Both the position numbers and the translations under genes were made by a program. The notes under the pieces are model-generated. The model did no database searches. It was not told the DNA's origin and saw only the letters and a list, made by a program, of their open reading frames with translations. Of a stretch of DNA of 64,000 bases, positions 1 through 14,600 are shown in pieces (positions within the stretch are counted from its first letter, which is position 1; each line of letters begins with the position of its first letter). This stretch comes from Mobula hypostoma (taxonomy: Eukaryota). Location of the stretch: positions 15,068,001 to 15,132,000 of the forward strand of contig NC_086109.1 of assembly GCF_963921235.1 (NCBI RefSeq). The letters are read 5' to 3'.

Positions 1-578
1 TCCCAAATGCACAACACAATAGTATTAAACAACTAGGGCTACGCAGTAATATCTTCAGAAAGCCACAATACTAAACACCAGTGGAATAGATCGAAAGTTC
101 CTAGCAACTGGCAAAGGAGCATGCTTGGTATGCCCGTACCTCGGGTTTTACCAGCTGGAGCCGAGCAAAAATAAAACCAATAATAATATTTATTATAAAC
201 ATCCAAATATAAAAATACAGGATAAACAAGCAAGAACAATTTGTTTACTAGATATAACCATTCCAAACACACATAACTTAAAGAAATCAATAAGTGAAAA
301 ACACCAGAATTAAACAAGGAAATTGACAGACTTTGGAACATGAACAAGGTATACATTGTCATGATAGTAACATCTACAAGTGGTATCATCCCAAAGTCAC
401 TACATAATAGCATTAGACAATTAGGGCTACCCAGTAAAATGTCCAGAAAGCCACAATACTAAACACCACTAGCATAGTCCGAAAGTTCCTAGGAATTGAC
501 AAATCAGCGTGCTTAGCTATGCCCGTACCTCAGGTTTTACCAGCTTGAGGTGAGAAAAAAATAAATATTAATAATGAT
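1..578 (+). mobile_element. Two tandem 3' ends of an R4/Dong-clade non-LTR retrotransposon (restriction-like endonuclease C-terminus)
   Basis: HPNIKIQDKQARTICLLDITIPNTHNLKKSISEK and QKATILNT..IVRKFL motifs; ~55-185 is repeated at ~443-575; TAA-rich tails. Confidence 0.75.
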
Positions 579-857
579 ATTCATGTTTTAGCACCCAGCA
601 GGTTGTTATAATCTGGAATGCATTCCTTGACAGTTTGGAGAAAGTAGGTTCCATTATAACTGTTAATAAAAACAAAATTGGATAAATTATTGGGAAGTTG
701 AAATATACTGGATTATGTGTGAATACCAGAGATGGGACTCATTGGATAACTTGTTGAATAGCATCTTTCTGTTTTGTAGAATTCTGTGATTTTATGATAT
801 GATTCACAAATCTACACACAGATTCAATTAATGAAGATTCACTATTGCCTGGTGATA

Positions 858-2371
858 CACACCAATCGTGGACGCATTGGTAATCATTTTCCAATGTTCT
901 ATAGATTCAGGATCAATTCCTGTGGATTGGAGGGTAGCTAATGTTATCCCACTTTTTAGGAAAGGAGGGAGAAAGAAAACTGGGAATCATAGACCAGTTA
1001 GCCTGACATCAGTGGTGGGGAAGATGCTGGAGTTAATTACAAAAGATGAAATAGCAGCACATTTGGATGGCAGTAACAGGATTGTTTCGAGTCAGCATGA
1101 ATTTACGAAGGGGAAATCATGCTTGACTAATCTCCTGTAACTATGAGAATGGACAAAGGAGAGCCAGTGGATGTACTGCACCTGGACTTTCAGAAAGCCT
1201 TTGATAAGGTCCCACATAGGAGATTAGTGGGCAGAATTGGAGCACGTGGTATTGGGGGTAGGGTACTGACATGGATAGAAAATTGGTTGGCAGACAGGAA
1301 ACAAAGAGTAGGGATTAACGAGTCCCTTTCAGAATGGCAAGCAGTGACTAGTGGGGTACTGCAAGGCTCGGTGCTGGGACCGCAGCTATTTACAATATAC
1401 ATTAATGATTTAGATGAAGGGATTAAAAGTAACATTAGCAAATTTGCAGATGATACAAAGCGGGGTAGCAGTGTGAAATGTGAGGAGGATGTTATGAAAA
1501 TGCAGGGTGACTTGGACAGGTTGGGTGAGTGGGCAGATGCATGGCAGATGCAGTTTAATGTGGATAAATGTGAGGTTATCCACTTTGGTGGCAAGAACAG
1601 GAAGGCAGATTACTATCTGAATGGTGTCAAGTTAGGGAAAGGGGAAGTACAACGAGATCTAGGTGTCCTTGTTCATCAGCCACTGAAAGTAAGCATGCAG
1701 GTACAGCAGGCAGTGAAGAAAGCTAATGGCATGTTGGCCTTCATAACAAGAGGAGTTGAGTTTAGGAGCAAAGAGGTCTTTCTGCAGTTGTACAGGGCCC
1801 TGATGAGACCACACCTGGAGTATTGTGCACAGTTTTGGTCTCCAAATTTGAGGAAGGACATTCTTGCTATTGAGGGAGTGCAGCGTAGGTTCACAAGGTT
1901 AATTCCCGGGATGGCGGGACTGTCACATGTTGAAAGATTGGAGCGACTGGGCTTGTATACACTGAAATTTAGAAGGATGAGAGGGGATCTGATTGAAGCA
2001 TATAAGATTATTAGGGGATTGGACACGCTAGAGGCAGGAAACATGTTCCCGATGTTGGGGGAGTCCAGAACCAGAGGCCACAGTTTAAGAATAAGGGGTA
2101 GGCCATTTAGAATGGAGTTGAAGAAAAACTTTTTCACCCAGAGAGTTGTGGATCTGTGGAATACTCTGCCTCAGAAGGCAGTGGAGGCCAATTCTCTGGA
2201 TGCTTTCAATAAAGAGTTAGATAAAGCCCTTAAAGATAGCGGAGTCAAGGGATATGGGGAGAAGGCAGGAACAGGGCACCGATTGTGAATGATCAGCCAT
2301 GATCACAGTGAATGGCGGTGCTGACTTGAAGGGCCGAATGGCCTACTCCTGCACCTATTGTCTATTGTCTA
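858..2371 (+). mobile_element. CR1-clade LINE (HER1-like), 5'-truncated and young; open RT C-terminal ORF 1143-2288
   Basis: LDFQKAFDKVPH, QGSVLGP, FADD, RPHLEYC motifs; (ctattgt)n tail; possible TSD tgatac at 852 and 2372; small deletion near 1137 breaks the frame. Confidence 0.95.
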
Positions 2372-2477
2372 TTGATACTCAGAATGAATTACAGTATCAG
2401 CTGGGAGCATTATAGACCACAAGAACAAAACAACTGCTGTTGAAGATTGTTCTCTTTCTCTCTTGTAATTGTTTCAG

Positions 2478-2617
2478 GCACACTCCAAGAAATGAGATGC
2501 ACTTTCAGCCATTTTATAAGCTGCCTCCAGTACCACCAAAATCGTTCCTGCCAGATTATGATAACAATGTGGAGCCTGCAATACCGGAGTCTAGGAGCTG
2601 GACGCCATCTGAGAATG
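2478..2617 (+). CDS. EPS8L3: EPS8L3-like exon (Pro-rich linker; HTPRNEMHFQPFYKLPPVPP...TPSEN)
   Basis: gtttcag acceptor, G|gtatag donor; phase 2 in, phase 1 out, matching the next exon. Confidence 0.75.
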
Positions 2618-5600
2618 GTATAGGCCCAACATAATGAATTGCTGCTTTATTTATTATCTACATCTTGAGATCTTTATCTTGAGACCAATGTTGTTTTATT
2701 AGCAGCTCTTTCTATAGACGCATCTTTGAGTAATGAACCGCTAATAGTGGATTGGGAAAGAGATCAGGTGAGTGGTACCTTAACCCGGAGGTTTATTTCT
2801 ACTGGTGACAATCCTGAAAATCTTTGTACAGGTGGCGTGCCAAATTTGTTTCCTACAACTTGAATTCTGGGCTTTAATCTGGTTAGCATCTTCTTCCTTT
2901 CTGATTTATATTGGCTCCTGATTAACTAATTTCTCATTCTTAAAATCGTCATCCTTCATTCCTAATCCTTTCAAGACTCTGCCTGCTCCCTCTCTCCGTG
3001 TCCCTCTAATACTTTACTTTATAAGAATACGCAAATTACAATCAGAGACCACTTCATTAGGTATGGGAGGTTCCTAATAAAGTGGCCTCAGATTGTATTT
3101 CTGTATGTTCATGGTCTTCTGCTGCTGCAGCCCATCCACTTCGAGGTTCGATGTATTGTGGGTTCAGGGATGCTTTTCTTCACAGCTGTCTGCGATGGAG
3201 AATTCAAATGATTCATAGCCCTCTGAGCAATGAAATTCCCCCTTACCCTCACTCTTCAGTGCCTTACCCTTTCTTCAAGATCACGCTCTGTAGTTCTAAA
3301 ACGTGGGAGGAAACCGGAGAGCCTGGAGGAAACCCATGCTATCCCAAAGAATGTACAAGATCCTTATAGACAGCAGTGGGAATTGAACCGGGATTGGTGG
3401 CACTGTAAAGTGGTATGCTGGCTGCCATTTTTCAGCCCATTTTTCCAGCTGGTTCAGATGCTTTGACAGCCTTCCTCACTGTCCACTAGGCCCTGATCTT
3501 GGAGTCATCTGCAAATTTGCTGATCCAGTTTACCAAATTATCATCCAGATTATTGAACAACAATGAACTCAGCACCGAGCCCTGTGGCACTCCACTAGTC
3601 ACCGGACTCCAGTCAGAGAGGCAACCATCTACTGCCACTCTGCAGCTTCTCCCACAAAGCCAATGTCGAATCCAATTTATTACCTCAACCTGAACGCCCA
3701 GTAACTGAACCTTCTTGATCAGCCTCCCATGTGGGTTCTTGTCAAAGGCCTTGCTAAAATCCATGTAGACAACATCGAATGCCTTGCCTTCGTCAATTTT
3801 TCTGGTAACATCTTGGAAAGATTGGTTAGACAAAACCTAGTTCTGACTCCTGCCAGTCTTCTTTGCAGACCTGATAAAGGCTCTCATCCCAAACTGTCGA
3901 CCGCTTGTTCCCCTCCAAAGGGGCTGTCTGACCTGCAAAGGTCCTCCAGTCTTTTGTGTGTGTTACTCCAGATTTGTTCAACTGCAGTATCTTTTATGTC
4001 TGCTATCTAAAATGTGCTTCTATCTGTCTTGACAGGACATCCTCAATCATGTACTAGATGACATTGAGCTCTTTATTGAAAAACTTAAAGGAGCCATTGT
4101 CTCTAATCCTCAGATGAGGAAGAAGAAGAAATCAAAAAAAATTAAAGGTATTAGCCCACAATAAAGGTTGCAATACATTCTCAAACAGCAGGAAGCAGAA
4201 ATGGACGTGAACGAGCAATAGGTTAATGACTAATTAACCTACCAATTGGTAGGTCTCTGGACTGTGGGAGGAAACCACAGCTCCTGGAGGAAACCCACGC
4301 GGTCACGGCGAGAACGTACAGACTCCTTGCAGACAGCAGTGGGAACATGTACATGTATTAGGGATTTGCATGGTGTGTTGGTCAACTGAAAACGGCATTC
4401 AACAATTACAAATAATTATATAAACAAGAAATTTAGAGATTAAAGTACAGATATGTAATACCATGTGCATAAATATCAGCATATACTTACAGTGTAAACA
4501 GCATTTATAAAGTGGTTTAAACTGTTTACAGTGCAGTCACAGGAGAGATAGTTAGAGTGGGGTGCTAACAGGAATTAACTTGCCAAGGCCAAGAAACTTT
4601 TGAGATGGTGTAGAGTTTTTGCTTTAATAGACATATAGCTCTTTCCAGAAGGGAGTCTTTGGAGAAGGCAGTTTGTAGGGAGGGTAGTGTCCACATGTCC
4701 GCATTTTTGTCCTGGACACAAACGAGTCTTGCAATGATGATTGATTGCAGCCAATGACCTTTTCTGCTGACCTGTAGTTTTTGCATATTGCGCGAAGATG
4801 CTGCAACAAACCAGACAGTAATAGCTGACGTGAAGTTTCTCTCTCTGGTGGATGTGATTATGCTGAACATAGATTAGTTTCGAAGGGCTAGTCACACTCT
4901 CCTGCTTGTCGTCAATGTAAATCTAATCAGTTAGTTTCCTTTTTCAGCGATTTTAATTTCTGTCCCCACATCTCCATATCGGGTGCCACAGTAGCGTTGT
5001 GTGAACATGATGCTATTACAGCTCAAGCCACCAGAGTTCGGAGTTCAATTCTGGTGCCGTCTGTAAGGCGCTCGTATGTTCTGAATCGCAAATGGGGAAT
5101 TTCAGTTCAAGTCATCAGATGTGTTTTCAATGAAAACTTGTTTCGATGCCCTCTGGTTCATTAATACCATTTATAAAAGGAAATTCTTAGTTTACTTAGT
5201 CTGGACTTCAGACCGTCAATGTGCCTCCACGGGTCAAAAGGACAATGAGTGGTGGGACTTCCCTCCATGGTCATATTCATAAACAGGCATTATCAAACCT
5301 GCCTTTATCGCAGGATTCTGCAGAGAGTGGTGCAGACAGCCCAGTGCATCTGTAGTTGTGAACTTCCCATGATTCAGGACACTTACAAGGACAGGTATGT
5401 AAAAAGGGCTGGAAGAATCATTGGGGATCCAAGTTACCCCAACCACAATCTATCCCAGCTGCTACCATCCGGGAAGCGATACCGCAGCATAAAAGCCAGG
5501 GCCACCAGGCTCCGGGACAGCTTCTTCCACCAGGCCATCAGACTAATGAACTCACACTGATTTGAGTGTACTCTGTATTACATAGACTGTTCTATTTATT

Positions 5601-8600
5601 ATAAATTACTACGATTGAACATGGCACATTTAGATGGAGACATAACATAAAGATTTTTAATCATGTATGTGAAGGATGTAAGGAATAAAGTCAATTCAAT
5701 TCAATTCAGAAAGCACAAAGCAGGTCAGTCACCAGAAGAAGCAGGGAACAGGCTGATGAAGCACTGTCTTTAAAGGCATTTTCTTGCATCGCTGACTCAG
5801 CTTCAAGCTACCTTTGCTTCGAGGGGAAGGTTTCTTTTCTGACAACCTCGAGGTGCATTGTAAACACATCCATCATAGTCTAACACAGGGATTCCCAATC
5901 TGGGGTCCATGGACTCCTCGGTTAATGGTTGGGGTCTATGGCATAAAAAAGCTTGGGATCTCCTGGTCTGAGAGAATCCAAGAGCAGATTAAAATTTCAG
6001 TCTCTAGCTAAAGTGGAGACTTTTGTTACTGAGATTGCCAGTCAGTTCAAAATGTTCAAAGTTCAAAGTAAAATTATCAAAGTATGTATATGTCACCCTG
6101 AGATTAATTTTCTTGCAGGCATTCACAGTAGAACAAAGAAATACAATAGAATCAATGAAAAACCACACAAAAAAGACTGACAAACAACCAATGTGCAAAG
6201 GAAGTCAAACTGTATAAATACAAATAATAAAAATAAACAAACAAACAAACAAACAAATAAATAAATAATACTGAACATGAGTTGTAGAGTACTTGAAAGT
6301 GAGACCATAGATTGATTGTCACAAATCGGGCTTGTGAAACACTGAATGTTGTGTTGTTGTTGCTAGAATGGCAATGAAATCTGTTATTTAGCTGTTTTGG
6401 GTAAGGCTGATCTTTATAGTAGCAGAGAGCTAGGTTTAAGCCTAATCTCAGGTGTTGTTAGCATACAGTAGGCATCTTCTCTCCAGGAGGACGTGGATCT
6501 CTTTCGGCTTGAAGACGTAGAGATTGGTAGGATAATTGGTCATTGTGAATTGCCCCTGGTGGGTAAGTGTGCCATAGAACCTGGGGGGAGGCAGTGGGAG
6601 TATGGGAGGTTTGGATGAGTACTTGGATTTGTGGAATATAGCGGAATGGAGATACGTCTCTACCAAAGGAGGTAAAAGGGGCTCCTTCTCTCCGCTAGCC
6701 TGCAGGTCACCCTTGGGCAAGGTGTAGTACCTGCTTAGCCCCTGATCAGGGTCACATAAAGCCATGGGACCAGGTGGTGGATGGTTGTATGAGCAGCCGG
6801 TATACATCACAAGTCCTGGTTATGTGACCACAGATGCCAGGCAATCTCCAAAGGGTATTAATAATGGCTGGGGTCACCCGTCTTTAAAAGACACTGCCCA
6901 GAAGAGGCAATGGCAGGCCACTTCTGTAGGAAAATTTGCCAAGAACAATCATGGTCAGAAAACCACGATCACCCACGTCATACGACATGGCACGTAATGA
7001 TGATGACGGAAGGCTGTGGTCCAGATGCAGGTCGATGAGACGAGGCAGAATAAAAGTTTGGCATGAACTAGGTGGGCTGAAGGGCCTTCTTCTGTGCTGT
7101 ACTTCTCTACGACTCCACTAATCTATCCATCCACCCTCTGACCTCATACCTCAACTGTATATACTGACAGTGACCACAGTAATGGTCTGCATGGTGGTGA
7201 AGGAGGCATATGCAGTACTTGCCTTCATTGGCCGGGTGATAGGCTAAGAGTTTCAGATGTAAAATAAGTTTGGATAGGTACATGAATGGGAGGAGTATGG
7301 TCCGGGTGCGGGTCAATAAGACTGGACAGAACAACAGTTTGGCATGGACTTGTTGGACCGAAGAGCTTGTTTCTGTACTGTGATTCTCTATAAATGTATA
7401 ACTCTAATAAAAAAATTGGATTAAAGTACGATTACTGTAAGTAAATGATTGATGGCCAGCATGGATTTTGTGGGCTGAAGGGCCAGTTTCTCTGCTGTAT
7501 CTAGCTATGGCCCTGGTATCCTGCCAACCCTGTGAGTTTACTAACCAACTTTTCTTTGTACCTTTCTCTGCAGAAATATTGCCACCAGAGGCAGACTACA
7601 AGGATTGCCTGCAGAAGATAAAATATGCCTTTAATTTGATAGTAAGTGCAATGTGGAGAAAGAATTCAAAGTTCAAAATAAATTTATTTTCAAAGTACAT
7701 ATATGTCACCATATACAACCCTGACATTAGTTTTTTTTCCCTGGCATTTTCAGTAAATCCCAGGAACAGGATAGACCTAATGACAGACCACACCCAGCAA
7801 GATGGACAAATAGCTGACGTGCAAAAAACAACAAACTGTTCAAACACAAAAGAAAATAATGATAAATAAATAAGTAATAAATATCGAGAAGATGAGATGA
7901 AGAGTCCTTGAAAGAGAGTCTATAGGTAGTGGGAACATTTCAGTAATGGGGCGAGTGAGGTTATACCCTCTGGATTAAGATCAAGTTGGGCTGAGTTTAT
8001 TGTCATGTTCACAGTCCTGGGGTACATGTACAATGAAAACCTTGCGTACTGCAGTATCACAGTGATGCACATCAATTACTCCAAAAGACTGGAAGTAGAG
8101 TAAATACTGAAAGGCTTTTATTAGCAGTAAATGGACCAACGTCCATGCTGAGTATCTGCCCCGGACTGAGGGAGGAGCAGTGGCACAATCACCTTTATTC
8201 AGGGATCGGTGGGAGGAGCCACAGGAGCAGTCAGCAGAGGGGCGTGTCCAGACGGGTAACCCAGTTACAACCTATATATGTGGTCTACAACACACAGGTA
8301 CCTTGGTTCTGATAATACACAGAACATAAATTATACATACGTAGATTTTACAAGATTGTGAAGAGATTGAAAAGTGTGCAGGAAAGAAAGAAAGAATATC
8401 TTTGTATGTCACATGTACATCAAAATGGCGGAACATACAGTGAAATGCAATGTTTTGCATCAGCATCCAACACAGTCTGAGGGGCGTGCTCAGGGCAGCC
8501 TGCTAGTGTCGCCACATGTCCAGCGCCAACATAGCATGCCCACAACTTATTAGCCCTAACCCTAACCGCATGCCTTTGGAATTTGGGAGGAAACCAAAGC

Positions 8601-11600
8601 ACCTGGAGGAAATCCACGTGGTCATGAGGAGAATGTACAAACTCCTCACAGACAGTGATGGGAATTGAATTCTGATTGTTAGCGCTGTAAATCAATGCAA
8701 TAACCGCTACGCTGGCATGCCGGCCTCTAACAAGAATGCTACAATCAGAGACGGGTCCATGGTAGAGCAAGAGGGGGTCCATAGTGTTCCATTGCTGAGG
8801 TAGGATTAGGGTCGTGCAGGCTGGTTCAAGAACCTGATGTTTGCAGAACTTCCCCTTGCTACATACATAAAAGTAGATCTTACTATTGCTGAGAATGAAA
8901 GCAGGAAAGGGAGTCTGTGTGCCATGCATGTTCTAACTTTGGAGGAAAGTGTACAAATATAGAAGCTGGTGTGTGGGCACGTGGCCAAGTGGTTAAGGCA
9001 TTGGACTAGCTACCTGAAGGTTATGAGTTCGAGCCCCAGCCGAGGGAACGTGTTGTGTCCTTGAGCAAGGCACTTAATCAGACATTGCTCTGCGATGACA
9101 CTGGTGCCAAGCTGTATGGGTCCTTCCCTTGGACAACATCGGTGTCATGGAGAGGGGAGACTTGCAGCATGGGCGACTGCCGGTCTTCCATACAACCTTG
9201 CCCAGGCCTGCGCCCTGGAGAGTGAAGACTTTCCAGGCGCAGATCCATGGTCTTGCAAGACTAACGGATGCCTTTTTTTTTATAGCAGCTGGAAGGTAGG
9301 GTTTGTAAAATAAACAGAAATTTATTGGAATCCTCAGACTGGTAGGCTTTGAGATGGATCAGCATTGGGCTAGTAGCTTAGATAAAAGAATGGTCTGGAG
9401 ATTTAAAAGATGATGAAGACATTTGATTGGATAAACATTGAGAAGCTAAATGAAGAGCAAAGCTGAGAGTCCTGAATATAACATGTTCCTACATATATAT
9501 AATAAGATATTACATGGGTAATTGAGGCTACAATCATTGAAAGGGTGCATTCTGAAGACATCCTCCAAGAGGACCCTACCTTGTTGGAGGGCTTGGAGGC
9601 TTGTGTGCCTCAGTGACCTGGAGAGCTATATTGGCTGGAGTCAGTGCTTTGTGCTTTGGCTCTTGGTAGGGTCACCCCTGCCAAACAGGTCAAAGAGTAG
9701 AGGCCAGCCTAAGAGTGGGCCTGCAGGTTCGGGGGTTCTGACTGAGGCTAACAACTCTGACTGGTAAAGCAAAAGTTGTTACGGAAACAGCAATGAAGGA
9801 CCCTCCTACCTCTGAGTGTGACGGCATTCTTGAGGCTTGCATGACTGACAGTAGCGAAAACAGCGATGAAGCTACCGACACGATGAAGGAAGCCTTGAAC
9901 ACTGCCAGCGATGGAGGATCTTCATTGCTGGTTCAGGGCTAACAAACCTGAATCGTTAAAAAAAAATGTAATGGAGCAGCGTGAAGAATCTTTCTAAATC
10001 TGTGTGTGACTGTATGGACAGTCAGAGGTGGAGGACTTTCGTTGTTGCCCTAAATGCCAGCGGTGTAACGGGCAGTAAGTAATTCTAAAGATGTACAGGT
10101 CGGAAGGTTAATTGGTCACATGGGTGTAATTATGCAGCACGGACTGGTTGGGCCAATAGGGCCTGTTAGCATGCTGTATCTCAAAATAAAAAATAATGTA
10201 TCTGATAGGTGGCACTCACGGATGAACTACACTGTGAATCATTGACTGTCTGAAAGGCAATGATAAATTCTTTTCTCCCCTCAGGGCAAGCTGGAGTTGC
10301 ATTCTGACAAAGCAAGATTCGCAGATTTAATTCACTGTATTTTCCAGAGTCTTCAGTTTGTAAGTAGAGGCTGACTATCGTGCTTTAAGCAAACCGCAAC
10401 TCTCCTGGAATCAGCTAATCTCTTCCATCGTCACAAACGCACAAAGCTACACATTGGAAGTTCGAACTTGATGTCAAAGTACTAAGTTAATGGGAGGATT
10501 CTAAGCAGTGTGGAGGAACATTGAGATCTTATGACCCAAGTCCAGATCCCTTAAAGTTGATAGGGAGGTTAAGAAGGCATATTGTTTGTTGACAGGCCCT
10601 TTGCCCCATGATATTATGCCAACCCTTTAACCTACTCTAAGAACTAATGTAACCCTTCCCTCCCACATAGTCCTCCAGTTTTCTGCAACCCATGGGCCTA
10701 TCTAAGAGTTTGTTAAATGCTTCTGGTGTATCAGCCTCTCCCACCACCACTGGCACACCTACCACTCTCTGTGTAAAATAAACTTACTTCTGAAAACTCA
10801 TCCCCCCCCCACCACTATCCTTTCCTCTAACCATCTTAAAACGATGCCCCTTTGTATCACCAATTTCCACCCTGGGAAAAAGTCTGGGGCTGTCTGCTTG
10901 ATCTATGGCTCTTATCACCTTGAATACATCTATTAAGCTGCCTCTCATCCCCCTTTGCTCTAAAGAGAAAAGCCCTAGCTTACTGTCCTCCCCATCTTGC
11001 ATCTTGCTTTAAATATGTAACCTGTTTCCCCCACACACTCATTTCCCTCAACCACACACAGTCAGCTACACCAAGGCATATCATCAATCACAACCTGTTT
11101 TCTAAAAAGTACAGAGCCAGGACAATGGTTCCTCCTTGAGTGAAGATTTTGTGTATCAAAGATCCGTCTGTTTATTTTTTTCACTCTCCTCTCAGATCCT
11201 GGAGTACCTCCCAGAGAAACATCTAGCAAAGGACGTGGTGGTTCCATTGCTGATACCAAGCGCCATAGAAATATTGACTTTACACACAAATGCGGAGGAA
11301 AAAATGACCTGGAAGAGACTGGGAGATGCATGGTGCACTACAAGGTCTGTCAGACAAACTACATATGGTTGTTTAAGGCCTATAATTATTAACCAAAATG
11401 AAAAATCATTGCTAGAGGAAGAGAATTTTAGAAAGCGGGAGATATTTTTGGAAGGTTTCTACAACCCAATATTTCCTGTTTTCATTTTGACCACCTCAGC
11501 ATCATGACTGTTGCAGACAATAACAACATCTGGCTGATGATTCTGGAAATCATAGTTTCACAGTTGTGTATCAGAGGTTGCCACTTTACACAGAATGTAT

Positions 11601-14600
11601 GTGTTACGCCACTGGCACTTAGAGCAGCGATGAAGGTCATCCACCTTTGGCAGTGTTCATGGCTTCCTTATGTCAGTAGCTTCCTCTCTTTTTACTGCTG
11701 TCAGTCATGCAAGTCCTGGGCGGAGGCTCGGGAACACCATCACGCTCAGATTCTTCATTGCTGGTTTCATAACAATTTTGTTTTACCAGTTAGTGTTGTT
11801 AGCCCTGAATTGATCCCTCAAACTGGGAGGAGTTGTGGACCACTCTTTTTGCCTCAGCCCTTTGACCTGTTTGGCATGGGTAATCCTACCAAGAGCCAAA
11901 GCATAAAGCCATGTCTCCAGACAACATAGTTCTCCAAGTCATTGAGCGATGACAAGCCTCCAAGTGACAACAAGATTGTGGTCCCTTGAAGGATAGAAAT
12001 CATGGTAGCAACATTCCCTCTGTTATGTTCAACAGCTGCGCAGACCAAACATTGCTCTGAGCATGAAATTTTTACATGGCCTGAAAACTACACGGCACTT
12101 TAAATATGTTTTGTTTTGTAATATACATAGAACCATAGAAACCATAGAAACTACAGCACAGAAGCAGGCCTTTTGGCCCTTCTTGGCTGTGCTGAACCAT
12201 TTTCTGCCTAATCCTACTGACCTGTACACGGACCATATCCCTCCATACACCTCCCATCCATGTATCTGTCCAATTTATTCTTAAATGTTAATAAAGAACC
12301 CACATTTACCACCTCATCTGGCAGCTCATTCCATACTCCCACCACTCTCTGTGTGAAGAAGCCCCCCCCCGCTAATGTTCCCTTTAAACTTTTCCCCCCT
12401 CACCCTTAACCCATGTCCTCTAGTTTTTTTCTCCCCTTGCCTCAGTGGAAAAAGCCTGCTTGCATTCACTCTATCTATACTATGATACACAAAAATTATT
12501 TTGGAATATTACTTACCAAAAAGTCAAAATATAGAGTTTTTCATATCAAACAGACACAAACCCCAACTCACAGCAGAGGTAAATGATGTCAGGCAATCAA
12601 AAAAAAACTGACAGACACAGTGGCAAAAGTAAAATGTTTTGACTAGATGGTGTCAGCGATCAGCGGGCTGGTGGTTTATTGGCAATGAGCTACCACCTTC
12701 TATTCTGTTACAATTTGTAGCAATACTGTCACTTGAAACACTGACAATGTAAATATGTTGAAGCTCTAAAATGTTTCAAAGTAAAAGTTGTAGTATGTTT
12801 ATTATTTAGAAAATTTATGGATTATATTCATAAACACATAATTACAGGATGTTTCACAAGTATATTAATATAAATTGCAAAAATGTATTAGCATAATTTC
12901 AAAATGATATTAGCATTATATAAAAGAAAACTCCAGCTGCGTGGCAACAAAGGCTATGTGCGTGGGAGCATTTCAGTTACTGCGCGGCTGTGCACTCATG
13001 CAGCTGAGAGGGAATACTGATGGTAAGCATGTGGAGAGCATTGCCAAGGGTAATGGTAGATGCCAATACAAGGTATAATGTAGATGAAAGAAAAATGGAG
13101 GGGTTTGTTGGAGGAAAGGGTTAGATTGATCTTGGAGTAAGTTAAAAATTTGCAAAATATCATGTGTTGAAGGGCATGTACTATGCTGTATTGTTCTGTG
13201 TTCTATGCTTTATACATGGCAATGCAACTGGTTACCTTCCATGTGGGATTCCTGGGTTGTGTTTTATCCAAGGAAGGTTTTGTCACTGGCCTGTCCATTC
13301 TCAAGTGACTTGATTGGAAACTTTGACTAACTCATTCCAACATGCCTTAGATTCAGTGTTGTACTCTACAAACGATTGTGAGGACTGCTGAGAAGATCAT
13401 CGGGGTCTCTCTCCCACCCATCCGAAATATTCATCAGGAGCACTGCATACACAGGATGCTTAGGACTGTCAATGATCCCTCCAATCTGTCCCACAATCCC
13501 TTTGACCCCCTACTATCAGGAGGTACCATCGCACTCGAACAAGGACCGTTAAGATAGGAAAGAGCATCTTCCCCCAGGCTGTGAGACTACTGAACTCACT
13601 GCCACCACCAAGGTCTCATCTTTTATGAAGCACCACTAGCATTATATGGTTTACTTTATAACTTGGTTGTAAAAATGCACATTATGCTAAATGTCAATCT
13701 TCTTAAATACTTTTTATTTTTTGTTAATTTATTTGTGATAACATTATTTCATGCAGTGTGTGTAAGTTATATGTACTGTGTTGTGCACATTGGTCCAGAG
13801 GAATGTTGCTTCATTTGGCAGTATACATACATATAGTTGAATGGCAATAAACTTGAACTTGACATTGACAACTTACAATGGCCCATGGTCATACAGTTTA
13901 AAGGGAGACCTATAAAGAAATTGTTCAATTGCATACTGATGAAAGATCTTTAACTCATTCTGTGAACTATGCTTCTCTCTTCACCGATGCTCAGTGTTCC
14001 CAACATATTCCTAAGCTGTTACTGTGTTTTGAATGCAGATCAGACTGGCCAAATGGTGAATCTTTGGAATGGTACAATATTGTGTTTTCAGATGGTTCGA
14101 CTCTACCTCTGCAACCTTTGCAGCAACAGCATCCACCTGCCAATCACTACCCGAGTGGTGAAATGGAACATCCAATAAAGCAGGTACCTGTTCTTCAATA
14201 TGTCCACCAGCATACTGGTGTTTCTGTTCAGTTGCTCACTATCAGAGTAAAGAGTAAACATCCTGTGGACTCTGAAAGTGAATCGGGTACAGGATTTATC
14301 TTGTGAATGGTAGGGCTCTCGGGCGTGTTAAGGAACAGAAGGACCCAGGAGCAGAAGTATATAGTTCATTGAAAGTGGTGGCAAAAGTAATCATGGTGGT
14401 GAAAAAGACTTTATCTGTGAAAAAGACTTTATCTCACCAGACACTAGATTTCATCCATCAGGGCATTGAGTATAGGAGTTGGGACATTATGTTGCCATTG
14501 TATAAGCCATTGTTGAGGGCACACTTGGAGTACTATGTACAGTTTTGGTCACCTGGTTGTAGGAAAGCAATGGTTAAAGTGGAAAGTGTGCAGAAAAGAT

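Noticed and set aside
1143..2288. 381 aa open ORF as a host gene
   Set aside because: It is the 5'-truncated CR1 reverse transcriptase with a LINE tail, without endonuclease or promoter.
3026..3060. Extra EPS8L3 exon ending TAG|gtatgg
   Set aside because: Stop codon in the phase-1 frame, and its 35 nt would break the 2767>4036 frame, which already joins correctly.
8553..8566. Telomeric repeat or telomerase RNA template
   Set aside because: Only about two CCCTAA units, inside a V-SINE.
8975..9045. tRNA gene (also 16330-16397)
   Set aside because: Imperfect cloverleaf that continues into a SINE body bounded by TSDs.
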